This document shows positions 30,947 to 39,729 of a stretch of DNA of 64,000 nt, in pieces (within the stretch, counting starts at the first letter, position 1; each line of letters starts with the position of its first letter). The translations under genes and the position numbers were made by a program. The notes beneath the pieces were generated by a model that was given only the letters and a program-made list of their open reading frames with translations, was not told the origin of the DNA and ran no database searches. Source of the stretch: an uncultured Gammaproteobacteria bacterium (lineage in GTDB: Bacteria > Patescibacteriota > Microgenomatia > Levybacterales > UBA12049); NCBI GenBank assembly GCA_964553245.1, contig CAZKJM010000001.1, positions 145,806 through 209,805 of the forward strand, read 5' to 3'.

Positions 30947-32487
30947 TATTCTTTAGGCGGAATAATTTTATAAACCCTGTAAAAATAATCGCTGTTTCCT
31001 GACCTTACCTGAAAAACTAATTCAAGCGGGTAGTCTTGATTAATAATTTGATTATTAGGTTGATAAAATACAAAGTATGAAGGCATTTTCTTGGAGTATT
31101 CAATTGTTTCTTTAGCGAGGCTGTGCTCAACCGGCCAATAACCTTTTATCGTAATATTTTTGTTATTTATTAAATATAACTCTAGAGCTTCAGGCATTAA
31201 ACCAAATGTTCCTTCGGTTGCAATAAATATCTTCTTGTTTTTTGCTTCTTTTTTAAAAAATTCAACACTTTCATTAACTCCCCAACCAGCCGCCCAGCTG
31301 TTTACGTACTGTCTACTATCACTTCTTACAATTGGTGCATTAATCGGGTCACTGGCAACTTTAAAACTTACAAATCCTGGATAAGCAACGAAAATAACTG
31401 TTACTACAATATAAACAACAGTTGATAAAATATTTTTTTTCTTTTTATTAAGTCTTTTATCTACAAAACCAATAATTTCGTTTAACCCCCAACCGGCAAG
31501 AGGAAGCAAGAAACAACTCATAAAAAAAATAAATCTCGGAAAAATTACTTTTCCAAAAAGAGCAAGCGCCGTAAATGGCAAGAGAAAATAAATTATCAGT
31601 AATATTTTTTCTTTTGTAAATTTATTTATAAAAATTAAGGATAAAATAACTAATAACACATATGGTAATTTTAAATATTGAATTAACCAGTCAAAAAGAC
31701 CATATAGATTCCCCACGAAAAATGTAAAAGGGTGATTGACCCACTCGGAAAAAGGATAAACAAAAGTCGCATTTTTAGCTTGAACCATTTGAAATAAGGG
31801 AGAGAGTCTTAGGGTGTTGTAAATAATTTGCGCAATAAAAATTGATATTAAAGCAAAAACTACCCATTTTAAAAGTCTTCTTAGAGTGTTTTTCCTTGAA
31901 AAATCAAAAAGTAAAATCGTAAAAGGTAAAAGATACTGACTGAAAAAATTTGAACTTTTTGTTAAAGCTCCTAATCCCATAACTACGCCTAATGTGTAAA
32001 CAAAATCAAACCTTGTTTTCTTAATAAGTTTTATAGAAAAATAAAAAGCCCAAATAGAAAAAGTTGCAACCATACTGTCCATTAATGCCATTCTGTCATT
32101 TATTTGTGCGAACGGATAAAAAACATAAAGAATTGAACTTAAATAAGCAATTTTTTTATTTTTAAAAAGCTCAATAGTTAGAAACCAAACCCCAATCATT
32201 GTGAGAAATCCTGTGCTTACAGAGACTACTCTTCCGGCAATTAGCGGATCGCTTATGAATTTCATGAAAATCATCGCTGTCCAAACAAATAAAGGCTGTT
32301 TACCATCTGTTAGGGAAATATACCTCCAACTTGCATCATTCAAAGCAATTTGTGCCCACCTAACATAAATTGCTTCGTCGGTAAAAATAGGCATAGAATC
32401 CAAATATAAAAGCCTAAAGAAGAAATATAAAAAGCCTACAAAAATCGCAAAAATAATTTCAATTTTGTTTTTTTTCAAAAACATCAT
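30946..32487 (-). CDS. GT-C glycosyltransferase (ArnT/PMT_2-like)
   Basis: PIFTDEAIYVRWAQ, DGKQPLF, DRMALMD; multi-pass. Start moved to ATG 32487 (or 32484). Confidence 0.82.
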   Translation of the reverse strand: MMFLKKNKIEIIFAIFVGFLYFFFRLLYLDSMPIFTDEAIYVRWAQIALNDASWRYISLTDGKQPLFVWTAMIFMKFISDPLIAGRVVSVSTGFLTMIGVWFLTIELFKNKKIAYLSSILYVFYPFAQINDRMALMDSMVATFSIWAFYFSIKLIKKTRFDFVYTLGVVMGLGALTKSSNFFSQYLLPFTILLFDFSRKNTLRRLLKWVVFALISIFIAQIIYNTLRLSPLFQMVQAKNATFVYPFSEWVNHPFTFFVGNLYGLFDWLIQYLKLPYVLLVILSLIFINKFTKEKILLIIYFLLPFTALALFGKVIFPRFIFFMSCFLLPLAGWGLNEIIGFVDKRLNKKKKNILSTVVYIVVTVIFVAYPGFVSFKVASDPINAPIVRSDSRQYVNSWAAGWGVNESVEFFKKEAKNKKIFIATEGTFGLMPEALELYLINNKNITIKGYWPVEHSLAKETIEYSKKMPSYFVFYQPNNQIINQDYPLELVFQVRSGNSDYFYRVYKIIPPKE

Positions 32488-32513
32488 ACTTTGATTATAC
32501 AGAACCAATACGC

Positions 32514-33701
32514 TTAAGGTAAATAAGTACAATTTTTAAAAACTTTTTTGAGGATATATAAAAAGGTAAACAATAAAATAATTATCAAACCTGTAATTTC
32601 AATATTTAGAACTACAAAAGGATAACTTTTATCATAGTCGCTTAAATAAACATAGGGAATATAAATCGCTGTCCCGAAGAATGACAATATAAAACTGGAA
32701 ATAAATATATATTGCTTCTTAGAAACTAATGCCGCGAAGGGCAAAACATATAGTAAATACCAAGGCTGAAACGTTGTTCTAGTAGAGGCAATTATTACTG
32801 CAATTAAGGATAAAAAAATACTTAATGTAAATATTTTTTCCCAATTAATTTCTTTTTTTGTTTTCTTTAAATAAAAAACAACCGGAAAAACAGGCAGTAA
32901 AACAATATTGGCATATTTTATTCCTACCGAAAATAAATAAACAACAGCTGAAGAGATATTTCTATTTTTTATCAATAAATAAAATGAAAACAGTGTAAGG
33001 AAAATCATTGGAATATCATTATGGGAAGAAACTAATCCTTCTATTATTACCAAAGGATTTAATCCCCAAAATATTAAGTTAAAGATTAAATTTTTTGGAA
33101 AGACCGCTTCTGAAATTTTATAAATAAAATAGCTTGTTCCTAAAAAACAAGCTGCTATCAACAACTTAAATAAGACCATTGTAGGCAAAAAATAATTCAT
33201 TCCAATATAAGACAATGGAACAGTTAAAAAAAGCCAACTTGGACCATATGGATACAATCTGTGTGTCCAGCGCATAAAATTAAGCATTGGATCAGCTGGA
33301 AAATCAAGAGGTTTATACAAAAAAGGGTTTTTATTATAGAAGGTCAATATTTTTGCATCGAAAATATAATTAAAAAGATCGTAAGAAAAAGCATTGTAGG
33401 ACAAGGCAAGAATTATTACCGTTCCAAATATTAATATCAATGCTTGTTTTTTAGTTATTTTGTTTTTATTGGCAAAATAAAGAAAACGAGAATAAAATAA
33501 AAACATTAAAAATAAAATTATGGAAAAGACCAAAGCTGACGTTGGGCGCTGAAAAAAACCTAAATATTGAAAGTTTTTTTGAATAGACTGCCAAAAAGAT
33601 GCTCTTGATAAAGTCAAACTTAAATCAACTTGCGTAAAAGAATATAAGAAAAGACCAACTATTGTCGTAAAATAACCAAATGCAAGAATTTTAAATTTCA
33701 T
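32514..33701 (-). CDS. GT-C glycosyltransferase resembling polyprenol-phosphomannose alpha-1,6-mannosyltransferases (MptA/MptB, GT87-like)
   Basis: SYDLFNY, NPF...P, PYGPSW, LNPLVIIEGLVSSHND, QPWY. Confidence 0.7.
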   Translation of the reverse strand: MKFKILAFGYFTTIVGLFLYSFTQVDLSLTLSRASFWQSIQKNFQYLGFFQRPTSALVFSIILFLMFLFYSRFLYFANKNKITKKQALILIFGTVIILALSYNAFSYDLFNYIFDAKILTFYNKNPFLYKPLDFPADPMLNFMRWTHRLYPYGPSWLFLTVPLSYIGMNYFLPTMVLFKLLIAACFLGTSYFIYKISEAVFPKNLIFNLIFWGLNPLVIIEGLVSSHNDIPMIFLTLFSFYLLIKNRNISSAVVYLFSVGIKYANIVLLPVFPVVFYLKKTKKEINWEKIFTLSIFLSLIAVIIASTRTTFQPWYLLYVLPFAALVSKKQYIFISSFILSFFGTAIYIPYVYLSDYDKSYPFVVLNIEITGLIIILLFTFLYILKKVFKNCTYLP

Positions 33702-33707
33702 TGAGGT

Positions 33708-34463
33708 TTATTTATACTTTCCCTTAACACTGTTAATCTTTATTAAAAACAAATCTATTAAACCATTAATGGAATCTTTTATAGGGTTTACTCTTCTTGT
33801 TTCCACATATAGCCATTTAATTGGAACTTCTTTAATTCTATAGCCCATTTTTTGAGCTATATGTAAAAGCTCTACATCAAACCCCGCTGTAACAGAAGAT
33901 CCTGATATTGTTTTAAATCCATTATGTAATTTTAATATTTTTGTAAAAAGTTTATTGGAAGAATCTTTCGTAAATGTTTTGAAACCACATTGAGTATCGC
34001 TTATCCCTCTTACGCCAACGATTAGAGTTCTTAACAATATCATTCCTTTTGCCATTACTGCTCTTGTCCAAGGAGCACCTTTTCTGGTTGAATTTCTACT
34101 TCCAATAATTATGTCGTAATTTTCTTTAAAATAAGGCAATAACTTATCTAACTCTTCTATGGGAGCAGCCTGATCCATATCTGTAAAAAGCTGATAATCA
34201 CCTTTTGCTGCTAACATTCCCGTTGTTACGGCACCGGCTTTTCCGGTATGTGAATTTTTAATCAATCTAAAATTATTGTGTAGTTTTACAAAATCTTCTA
34301 TAAAAGCAATTCCATCATCATCGGATCCATCGTCTACAATTAAAACTTCGTAATTAAACTTTTTTTTACTCAGGAAGCTTTCAATCTTATCAAGGACTCC
34401 TTTTTGAAGATTTGCCATTTCGTTATAACAAGGTATTACAACAGAGAGGAAAATTTTATTCAT
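33708..34463 (-). CDS. GT2 polyprenyl-phosphate glucosyltransferase-like (DPG synthase/ALG5-like)
   Basis: SVVIPCYNE, VDDGSDD, GKAGAV, FTDMD, SDTQCGFK, FDVELL. Start moved to ATG 34463. Confidence 0.85.
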   Translation of the reverse strand: MNKIFLSVVIPCYNEMANLQKGVLDKIESFLSKKKFNYEVLIVDDGSDDDGIAFIEDFVKLHNNFRLIKNSHTGKAGAVTTGMLAAKGDYQLFTDMDQAAPIEELDKLLPYFKENYDIIIGSRNSTRKGAPWTRAVMAKGMILLRTLIVGVRGISDTQCGFKTFTKDSSNKLFTKILKLHNGFKTISGSSVTAGFDVELLHIAQKMGYRIKEVPIKWLYVETRRVNPIKDSINGLIDLFLIKINSVKGKYK

Positions 34464-34543
34464 AAAAGAATTATACAAGAAAAAAAATAACTAAACAATT
34501 TTTGTTGTTTATGGGATAATTTTAAGGTAAAATACTAGCTAAT

Positions 34544-34617
34544 GCCGCGTTCGTCTAGTGGCCTAGGACGTCACGTTCTCAACGTGAAGATCAGGGGTTC
34601 GACTCCCCTACGCGGTA
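34544..34617 (+). tRNA. tRNA-Glu(CTC), CCA not encoded
   Basis: Acceptor stem GCCGCGT/ACGCGGT; anticodon arm TCACG-TTCTCAA-CGTGA; T-arm AGGGG-TTCGACT-CCCCT. Confidence 0.95.
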
Positions 34618-34756
34618 CACAAAGCCATATTAATTATTACATTAGTCTAAGTATAGATCGACTAAAACCTGTCTTTGATTATCAATCTAAAACGACATTT
34701 TTAAAACAAAATAATTACTTGACAAGGGATTTAATATATTATTTAATGCAGACACT

Positions 34757-35110
34757 ATGTTTAAAAAAGTAATATTATCCCTATTGTTTACAATTTTCAT
34801 ATTATTTTTCGTTTTTGTATCTAAAAAGTCAGTTTTAGCTGGATCTTCTTATCTCTATAACCAAAAAAGTTCTTATGTTCCAACAAGCACATCCTGCGCT
34901 TCACCAAATTGTCCAATGAATTTATGGTATCCAAATGGTTCAAAAATTAATATGATGTGCTACTTGGATAGTCAATGGTATACGGGAAATTATAAAAGCA
35001 ATAGATGGTTTAAGGGATTAGCTTATAAATCCTGGAACTCTCCTGGAACTGTAACTTGGGTACACTCAAGTTATGTCTATTATCAAACATCTGTTCGAAG
35101 ATGTTGGTAA
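34757..35110 (+). CDS. Small secreted Cys/aromatic-rich protein, probably an SH3b-like fold
   Basis: Signal peptide ending SVLA; C.LD...GNY.SNRWF...WVHSSYV..Q..V..C; own TTGACA-17-TTTAAT promoter. Confidence 0.65.
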   Translation: MFKKVILSLLFTIFILFFVFVSKKSVLAGSSYLYNQKSSYVPTSTSCASPNCPMNLWYPNGSKINMMCYLDSQWYTGNYKSNRWFKGLAYKSWNSPGTVTWVHSSYVYYQTSVRRCW

Positions 35111-35161
35111 AAAAACACGACAACTAATTTATATAAAACCTATAATTAATTTTTGAGCTTA

Positions 35162-35187
35162 GCAGGTTCGGATCCTACTAGCGGTAG
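35162..35187 (+). repeat. Degenerate tRNA 3'-end (T-arm plus acceptor strand) copy; att-like site
   Basis: GCAGGTTCGGATCCTACTAGCGGTA against tRNA-Glu 3' end AGGGGTTCGACTCCCCTACGCGGTA: 15/25 identical, ungapped, same register. Confidence 0.55.
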
Positions 35188-35198
35188 CTAAACCAAAG

Positions 35199-36626
35199 TT
35201 AGTAGTTAATTTTATATATATAAGCATCATTAATATTTTTATACTTTATTATTTTCCCCTTTTCCTCCATGTTTTTAACTGCAGAATAAAAATTTTCATT
35301 TGATTCCAACAACTGAGTTGCCCATTGATTAGGACGTAAATCTACTATTAAATACTCTGGATTCCCTGCAAAATCAAGCCACCAGCATCCCTTACACACA
35401 GAGTCTTTTATCCTTGGGTAAATAAGATAAATTTCTTTTCTATGCGACAAATGAGGCACTAGATTTTGAGATGAGGCTATAGATGCATTCACTGGCACCT
35501 CTAAAAAAATCTTATTATTATCATCCATCCATGATTCATTTTGCCAGTAAATTACCTTTGATAATTTATTAAGAGGATAATGAAAAATAAACTGCTGAGT
35601 TAAAGAACTTATAACCATAATTATTGCTAAGATGCTTATGTTTATTTTTTTTCTTAAAAAGAATAAAACATCAAGTAATCCCAATAGAAGGAATGGAGCT
35701 AAGATAGCCCTATGATGAAGATAAGGCGTTACCATATGCCCAAATTCTTTTTGAGGAACAAAATATTGAGCAAGGTCTAGAAAAACAGCTAGAATAGCTC
35801 CTGGAGAAAAAATAGGAAGAAAAGAAAACCAGCCAAATGAATATAGCCAAACCAATATTTTTTCATTATTGTCAAAAAATTTATAAATTAAAGCAATTGG
35901 ATTTAAATCAAGTGACGGCCAGTATTGATACCCAACCGAAGACATTAAGCTAACAACCTTTACAAAAATTAAGCTTAACGCTAATCCACCAACAAAAAAC
36001 ATAATTCCTTGTTTTCTATATTGCTTTTTGAATAGATAAATTAATCCAACCCCCGCTAATGCAATTCCCATATTTTCTTGTGTTAAAAGCATTAAAACTA
36101 AAGTTATCCAAAACAATTTTTTCTTTTTCGCTTCAAAGAAATAGACAAACCATGATAGAAGAGCAACTCCAAGAACTATTGGATGAAAATCAAAATAAAC
36201 AGCAAATTGAATGCCAAAGAAAAGGCTATAAATAAAACCTAGGCATAAAGAAACAAAAGGAGAAAACCCTCTAATTTTTGCTAATTTATAAATTGGGATT
36301 GTAGAAAAAGCTATAAAGATAGCTTGAAAAATAAGTATTATTCTCACGTCTTCCCAAATCCAAAATAAGGGAGCAAGAAGAGGAAGCGTGAGAGTTAAAT
36401 GATCACCAAGAATAAATTTTTCTTTAATTGTGTTTATCGGAGATAAAAAATGAGCATATTGCCAAACTGTCTGATCAAATATTCCTAAATCAAATGCACC
36501 TGACTGAAAATGAACATGTCTTAGAACTGAGAGAAAAGAATAAAGTACGGAAAGTATAAATACCCATAGCAACATCAGCCAAAAACAATTCTTGTCTTTT
36601 ACTAATATTTCTTTAAAATATTTCAC
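35199..36626 (-). CDS. DUF2079-like GT-C-type membrane protein
   Basis: RH..FQSGAFDLGIFDQ..W, GDH, FDFHP, QEN, PHLSHR; multi-pass; GTG start. Confidence 0.78.
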   Translation of the reverse strand: MKYFKEILVKDKNCFWLMLLWVFILSVLYSFLSVLRHVHFQSGAFDLGIFDQTVWQYAHFLSPINTIKEKFILGDHLTLTLPLLAPLFWIWEDVRIILIFQAIFIAFSTIPIYKLAKIRGFSPFVSLCLGFIYSLFFGIQFAVYFDFHPIVLGVALLSWFVYFFEAKKKKLFWITLVLMLLTQENMGIALAGVGLIYLFKKQYRKQGIMFFVGGLALSLIFVKVVSLMSSVGYQYWPSLDLNPIALIYKFFDNNEKILVWLYSFGWFSFLPIFSPGAILAVFLDLAQYFVPQKEFGHMVTPYLHHRAILAPFLLLGLLDVLFFLRKKINISILAIIMVISSLTQQFIFHYPLNKLSKVIYWQNESWMDDNNKIFLEVPVNASIASSQNLVPHLSHRKEIYLIYPRIKDSVCKGCWWLDFAGNPEYLIVDLRPNQWATQLLESNENFYSAVKNMEEKGKIIKYKNINDAYIYKINY

Positions 36627-36680
36627 TTATGCACTAATTATAACAATTAATAATTTCAATAAAAAATTCAAGGCTTTAAA

Positions 36681-39056
36681 TTAATCAACCTTTTTTGGCG
36701 TTTGGGCATGAAGGATTTGAGGATGAAAAGCTTCAACTTTAGTTTTTGTTTTTGGTAGCTGTTTTGTTAATGCGATATCTAATACTTCATCCATATGGGT
36801 TACAAATTTAAAATTAAGATCTTTTAACACCTCTTTTGGTACATCTTCCAAGTCTTTTTTGTTTTCTTTTGGCAAAATTATGGTTTTAAGACCAGCTCTA
36901 TGAGCTGCGATTACTTTTTCCTTAACTCCGCCGATTTCCAAAACTCTTCCCCTTAAAGTTATTTCTCCTGTCATTCCAACCCTTCTATTTACCGGAATCC
37001 TGGTTAAAGCAGAAGATATTGCGGTTGTAATAGCTGTTCCGGCAGATGGACCGTCTTTTGGAACAGCGCCCTCGGGAACATGAACATGCACATCCAGTTT
37101 TTGATAGAACTTATCAGACAAGCCGAGTTTACCCGCGCGCGCTCTAATATAAGACATTGCTGCAGTGCAAGATTCTTTCATAACGTCTCCCAATTGTCCC
37201 GTTAAAATCAGATTTCCTTTTCCCGGCATCAATGCGACTTCTATAAACAATATATCTCCGCCTGCTTCTGTCCATGCAAGCCCTGTGGACATTCCAATTT
37301 CATCTTTTTTCTCTACCATTGTCGCATTGAACCTAACCGGACCTAAAAATTTTGGCACCACTTTTTCGTTAACAATAACTTTCTTCTTTTTGCCTTCTGC
37401 TATTAGTTTTGCTACTTTTCTAAAAATTGCAGATATCTGCCTTTCCAAACTTCTAACACCTGCTTCTCTTGTATAATGATGAATTATGAATTTAATTGCG
37501 CCATCTGTTAACTCAATCATTTTATCTGTTAAACCATGGTTTTCCATCTGTTTTTTAAACAAAAAGTCTTTCGTAATTCTAAATTTTTCATCGTGGGTAT
37601 AACCGGTAAATTGAATAATTTCAAGCCTGTCTCTTAACGCCGGGGGAATTGTTTCTAAAACATTTGCCGTTGTAATAAACATTACATCCGAAAGATCGAA
37701 AGAAACCTCTAGGTAATGATCGGAAAACATATAATTTTGCTCCGGATCTAGGGCTTCTAAAAGCGCAGACGAAGGATCGCCTCTAAAATCCGCACCGACT
37801 TTATCTATTTCATCTAGCATAAAAACCGGGTTTTTTGCTCCTGCATCTTTTATTCCTTGAATTATTCTCCCCGGCATTGCTCCTACATAAGTTCTTCTGT
37901 GGCCTCTAATTTCTGCCTCATCTCTTATTCCTCCTAAAGAAAGCTTTACAAATTTTCTACCCAAAGCCCTGGCGATAGATTTTCCAATTGAGGTTTTTCC
38001 AACTCCCGGTGGGCCAGCAAAACAAAGAATTGGTCCTTTCATTTTTCCGGCTAATTTATTTACAGCTAAATATTCTACTATTCTTTCTTTGACTTTTTTT
38101 AAACCGAAATGATCTTCATTTAACATCTTCTCCGCTTGTTTAATATTAACATTGCTTTTTGTTTCAACCGACCAGGGAAGACTTAACACCCAATCGAGAT
38201 AATTTCTAATATATCCTGCTTCCGGATTAAACTGATTCATTTGAGATAACTTTTTTATCTCTTTTTTTACCTTTGCCTCAATATCCTCAGGCATTTTTGC
38301 TTTCCTAAGTCTTTCCAATAATTCTCTAACCTCACTATCTTCTTCGCCCTCTCCTAATTCTTTTTCTATTGTTTTTAATCGCTCTCTAAGAAGAGCCTCT
38401 TTTGCACCTTTCTCAAATCTTTCCTGCGTTTTTGAAGCAATCTTTTTTTCTAACTCCAATACTTTTATTTCTTTTGATAAATAATCGTTTAATCTCTCTA
38501 GCTTTTTCTTAACGTCTGTTTCTTCCAAAAGAGCTTGTCTCTCCGAAGGCTTCAAATCCAAAACGGAAGATACTAAATTAGCTAGTTGAGAAGGGGTATT
38601 TTCTGACATTACATTCATAAAAACCAAAAAATCTACAAATTTACCAAGATTCATGGCTTTTCTAAATTCGTTTGTTAAATGATTACATAAGGCCTTGATT
38701 TCAGGAGAATCCTCTGAAACATCTGGGACTTCTATTACTTTTGCCAAAAGAAAAGGCGCTTTTTGATCGTAAGAAACTATTTTAATTCTGGAGATCCCTT
38801 TTACCTGTGCGTTTATTTCCTGATCTGTTTTTATCATTCTTTCTATTCGAGAAAGCGTTCCTATTTCGTAAAGGTCGGAGATATCCGGTTCATTTAGCTT
38901 TGGATTTTTCTGTGCAACAAATCCAACAATTCTTTCTTGTGAAAATGCAGCTTCTAAGGCAGCTAAGCTCTTGGGTCTACCAAATGTTAAAACTGAATCA
39001 GTATCGGGGAAAATTATGCCATCTCTTATTGGGATTATTGGGATTATTTTTTCCAT
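36681..39056 (-). CDS. lon: ATP-dependent protease Lon (LonA)
   Basis: Lon N domain, Walker A GPPGVGKTS, RRTYVGAMPG, Walker B LDEIDK, catalytic PKDGPSAG, GGVKEK. Start moved to the MEKII ATG; the track start is the -35 hexamer. Confidence 0.97.
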   Translation of the reverse strand: MEKIIPIIPIRDGIIFPDTDSVLTFGRPKSLAALEAAFSQERIVGFVAQKNPKLNEPDISDLYEIGTLSRIERMIKTDQEINAQVKGISRIKIVSYDQKAPFLLAKVIEVPDVSEDSPEIKALCNHLTNEFRKAMNLGKFVDFLVFMNVMSENTPSQLANLVSSVLDLKPSERQALLEETDVKKKLERLNDYLSKEIKVLELEKKIASKTQERFEKGAKEALLRERLKTIEKELGEGEEDSEVRELLERLRKAKMPEDIEAKVKKEIKKLSQMNQFNPEAGYIRNYLDWVLSLPWSVETKSNVNIKQAEKMLNEDHFGLKKVKERIVEYLAVNKLAGKMKGPILCFAGPPGVGKTSIGKSIARALGRKFVKLSLGGIRDEAEIRGHRRTYVGAMPGRIIQGIKDAGAKNPVFMLDEIDKVGADFRGDPSSALLEALDPEQNYMFSDHYLEVSFDLSDVMFITTANVLETIPPALRDRLEIIQFTGYTHDEKFRITKDFLFKKQMENHGLTDKMIELTDGAIKFIIHHYTREAGVRSLERQISAIFRKVAKLIAEGKKKKVIVNEKVVPKFLGPVRFNATMVEKKDEIGMSTGLAWTEAGGDILFIEVALMPGKGNLILTGQLGDVMKESCTAAMSYIRARAGKLGLSDKFYQKLDVHVHVPEGAVPKDGPSAGTAITTAISSALTRIPVNRRVGMTGEITLRGRVLEIGGVKEKVIAAHRAGLKTIILPKENKKDLEDVPKEVLKDLNFKFVTHMDEVLDIALTKQLPKTKTKVEAFHPQILHAQTPKKVD

Positions 39057-39070
39057 ATTTAAGTTCGATA

Positions 39071-39104
39071 TTAGCACTCTATCATAATGTCTGCTAGTTG
39101 TCAA
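39071..39104 (-). promoter_or_regulatory. Sigma70-type lon promoter overlapped by a CIRCE (HrcA operator)
   Basis: Minus strand TTGACA-17-(TGA)TAGAGT. At 39071-39097, TTAGCACTC-N9-GTCTGCTAG: one perfect CIRCE half and one 6/9 half. Confidence 0.8.
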
Positions 39105-39180
39105 GAAGTTTATTATAATTTATTGTCTCCGCAATGTTTTTAAGGGTTGACAAATATATTATGAGGTCTACAATTTAAAT

Positions 39181-39702
39181 ATGGAAGCTAAAAATCCTAA
39201 ATCAAAAATTGCCCACAAGGCTGCAAAACAAATAAAGGTATTAAAACAACTTCATTCTGTAGAGGGAAAAATTGCCGAAATACTATCTGATTTTGCAGGA
39301 AGTATGGGGTTTGTTTATTTTCACGCTGTCTGGTTTACTTTTTGGATTTTAGGCGGTCAAGGACTGCTTATGCCATATATTCAGCCCTTTGATCCCTTTC
39401 CTTACGGACTACTGACAATGATCGTCTCTTTAGAGGCGATTTTTCTTGCCACGTTTATTATGATAAACCAAAACAGACAAGCCTTGGTTGAAGAATACAA
39501 AGAATTAGAAGAAGAAAAAGAAGCAATCGAAGAAGAACAGGAACAACAAGAGTTAGAAGAAGAGGTCGAAGATATTCAAAAAGATCTTGATGATATTAAG
39601 CAGGCAATTTCATTTATTCAACAAAAAGTAACATTAGTGGAAAAAGCAAAGCAAGCAAATGGAAATGGTAACGGCAATCCACCTCAATCACCAATTAAAT
39701 AA
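39181..39702 (+). CDS. DUF1003-like membrane protein with acidic coiled-coil tail
   Basis: FAGSMGF..FHAVWF..W, FDPFPYGLLTMIVSLEAIFLATFIMINQNRQ. TTGACA-16-TACAAT-6-ATG upstream. Confidence 0.82.
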   Translation: MEAKNPKSKIAHKAAKQIKVLKQLHSVEGKIAEILSDFAGSMGFVYFHAVWFTFWILGGQGLLMPYIQPFDPFPYGLLTMIVSLEAIFLATFIMINQNRQALVEEYKELEEEKEAIEEEQEQQELEEEVEDIQKDLDDIKQAISFIQQKVTLVEKAKQANGNGNGNPPQSPIK

Positions 39703-39729
39703 TAATCTAGTGATATAATCAAAAAAAAT

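Noticed and set aside
34542-34772. 76-aa plus-strand ORF in the track
   Set aside because: It is a translation through tRNA-Glu and the following promoter region.
35150-35198. Reading the 35.16-kb element as an SRP RNA or a complete tRNA
   Set aside because: It lacks the SRP GNRA loop with its conserved internal loop, and has no D-arm or anticodon arm. Kept only as a 3'-end mimic.
1-36626. Poly-A/T runs of 7-9 nt in GT genes as phase-variation tracts
   Set aside because: Expected at this AT content, and no frameshifted gene was seen.
39057-39104. N-terminal extensions given by the track for lon, gltX, 25531.., 30946.., 33708.. and 49804..
   Set aside because: The extensions run through -35/-10 boxes, the CIRCE or leader hairpins; the downstream ATGs fit family N-termini or promoter spacing better.
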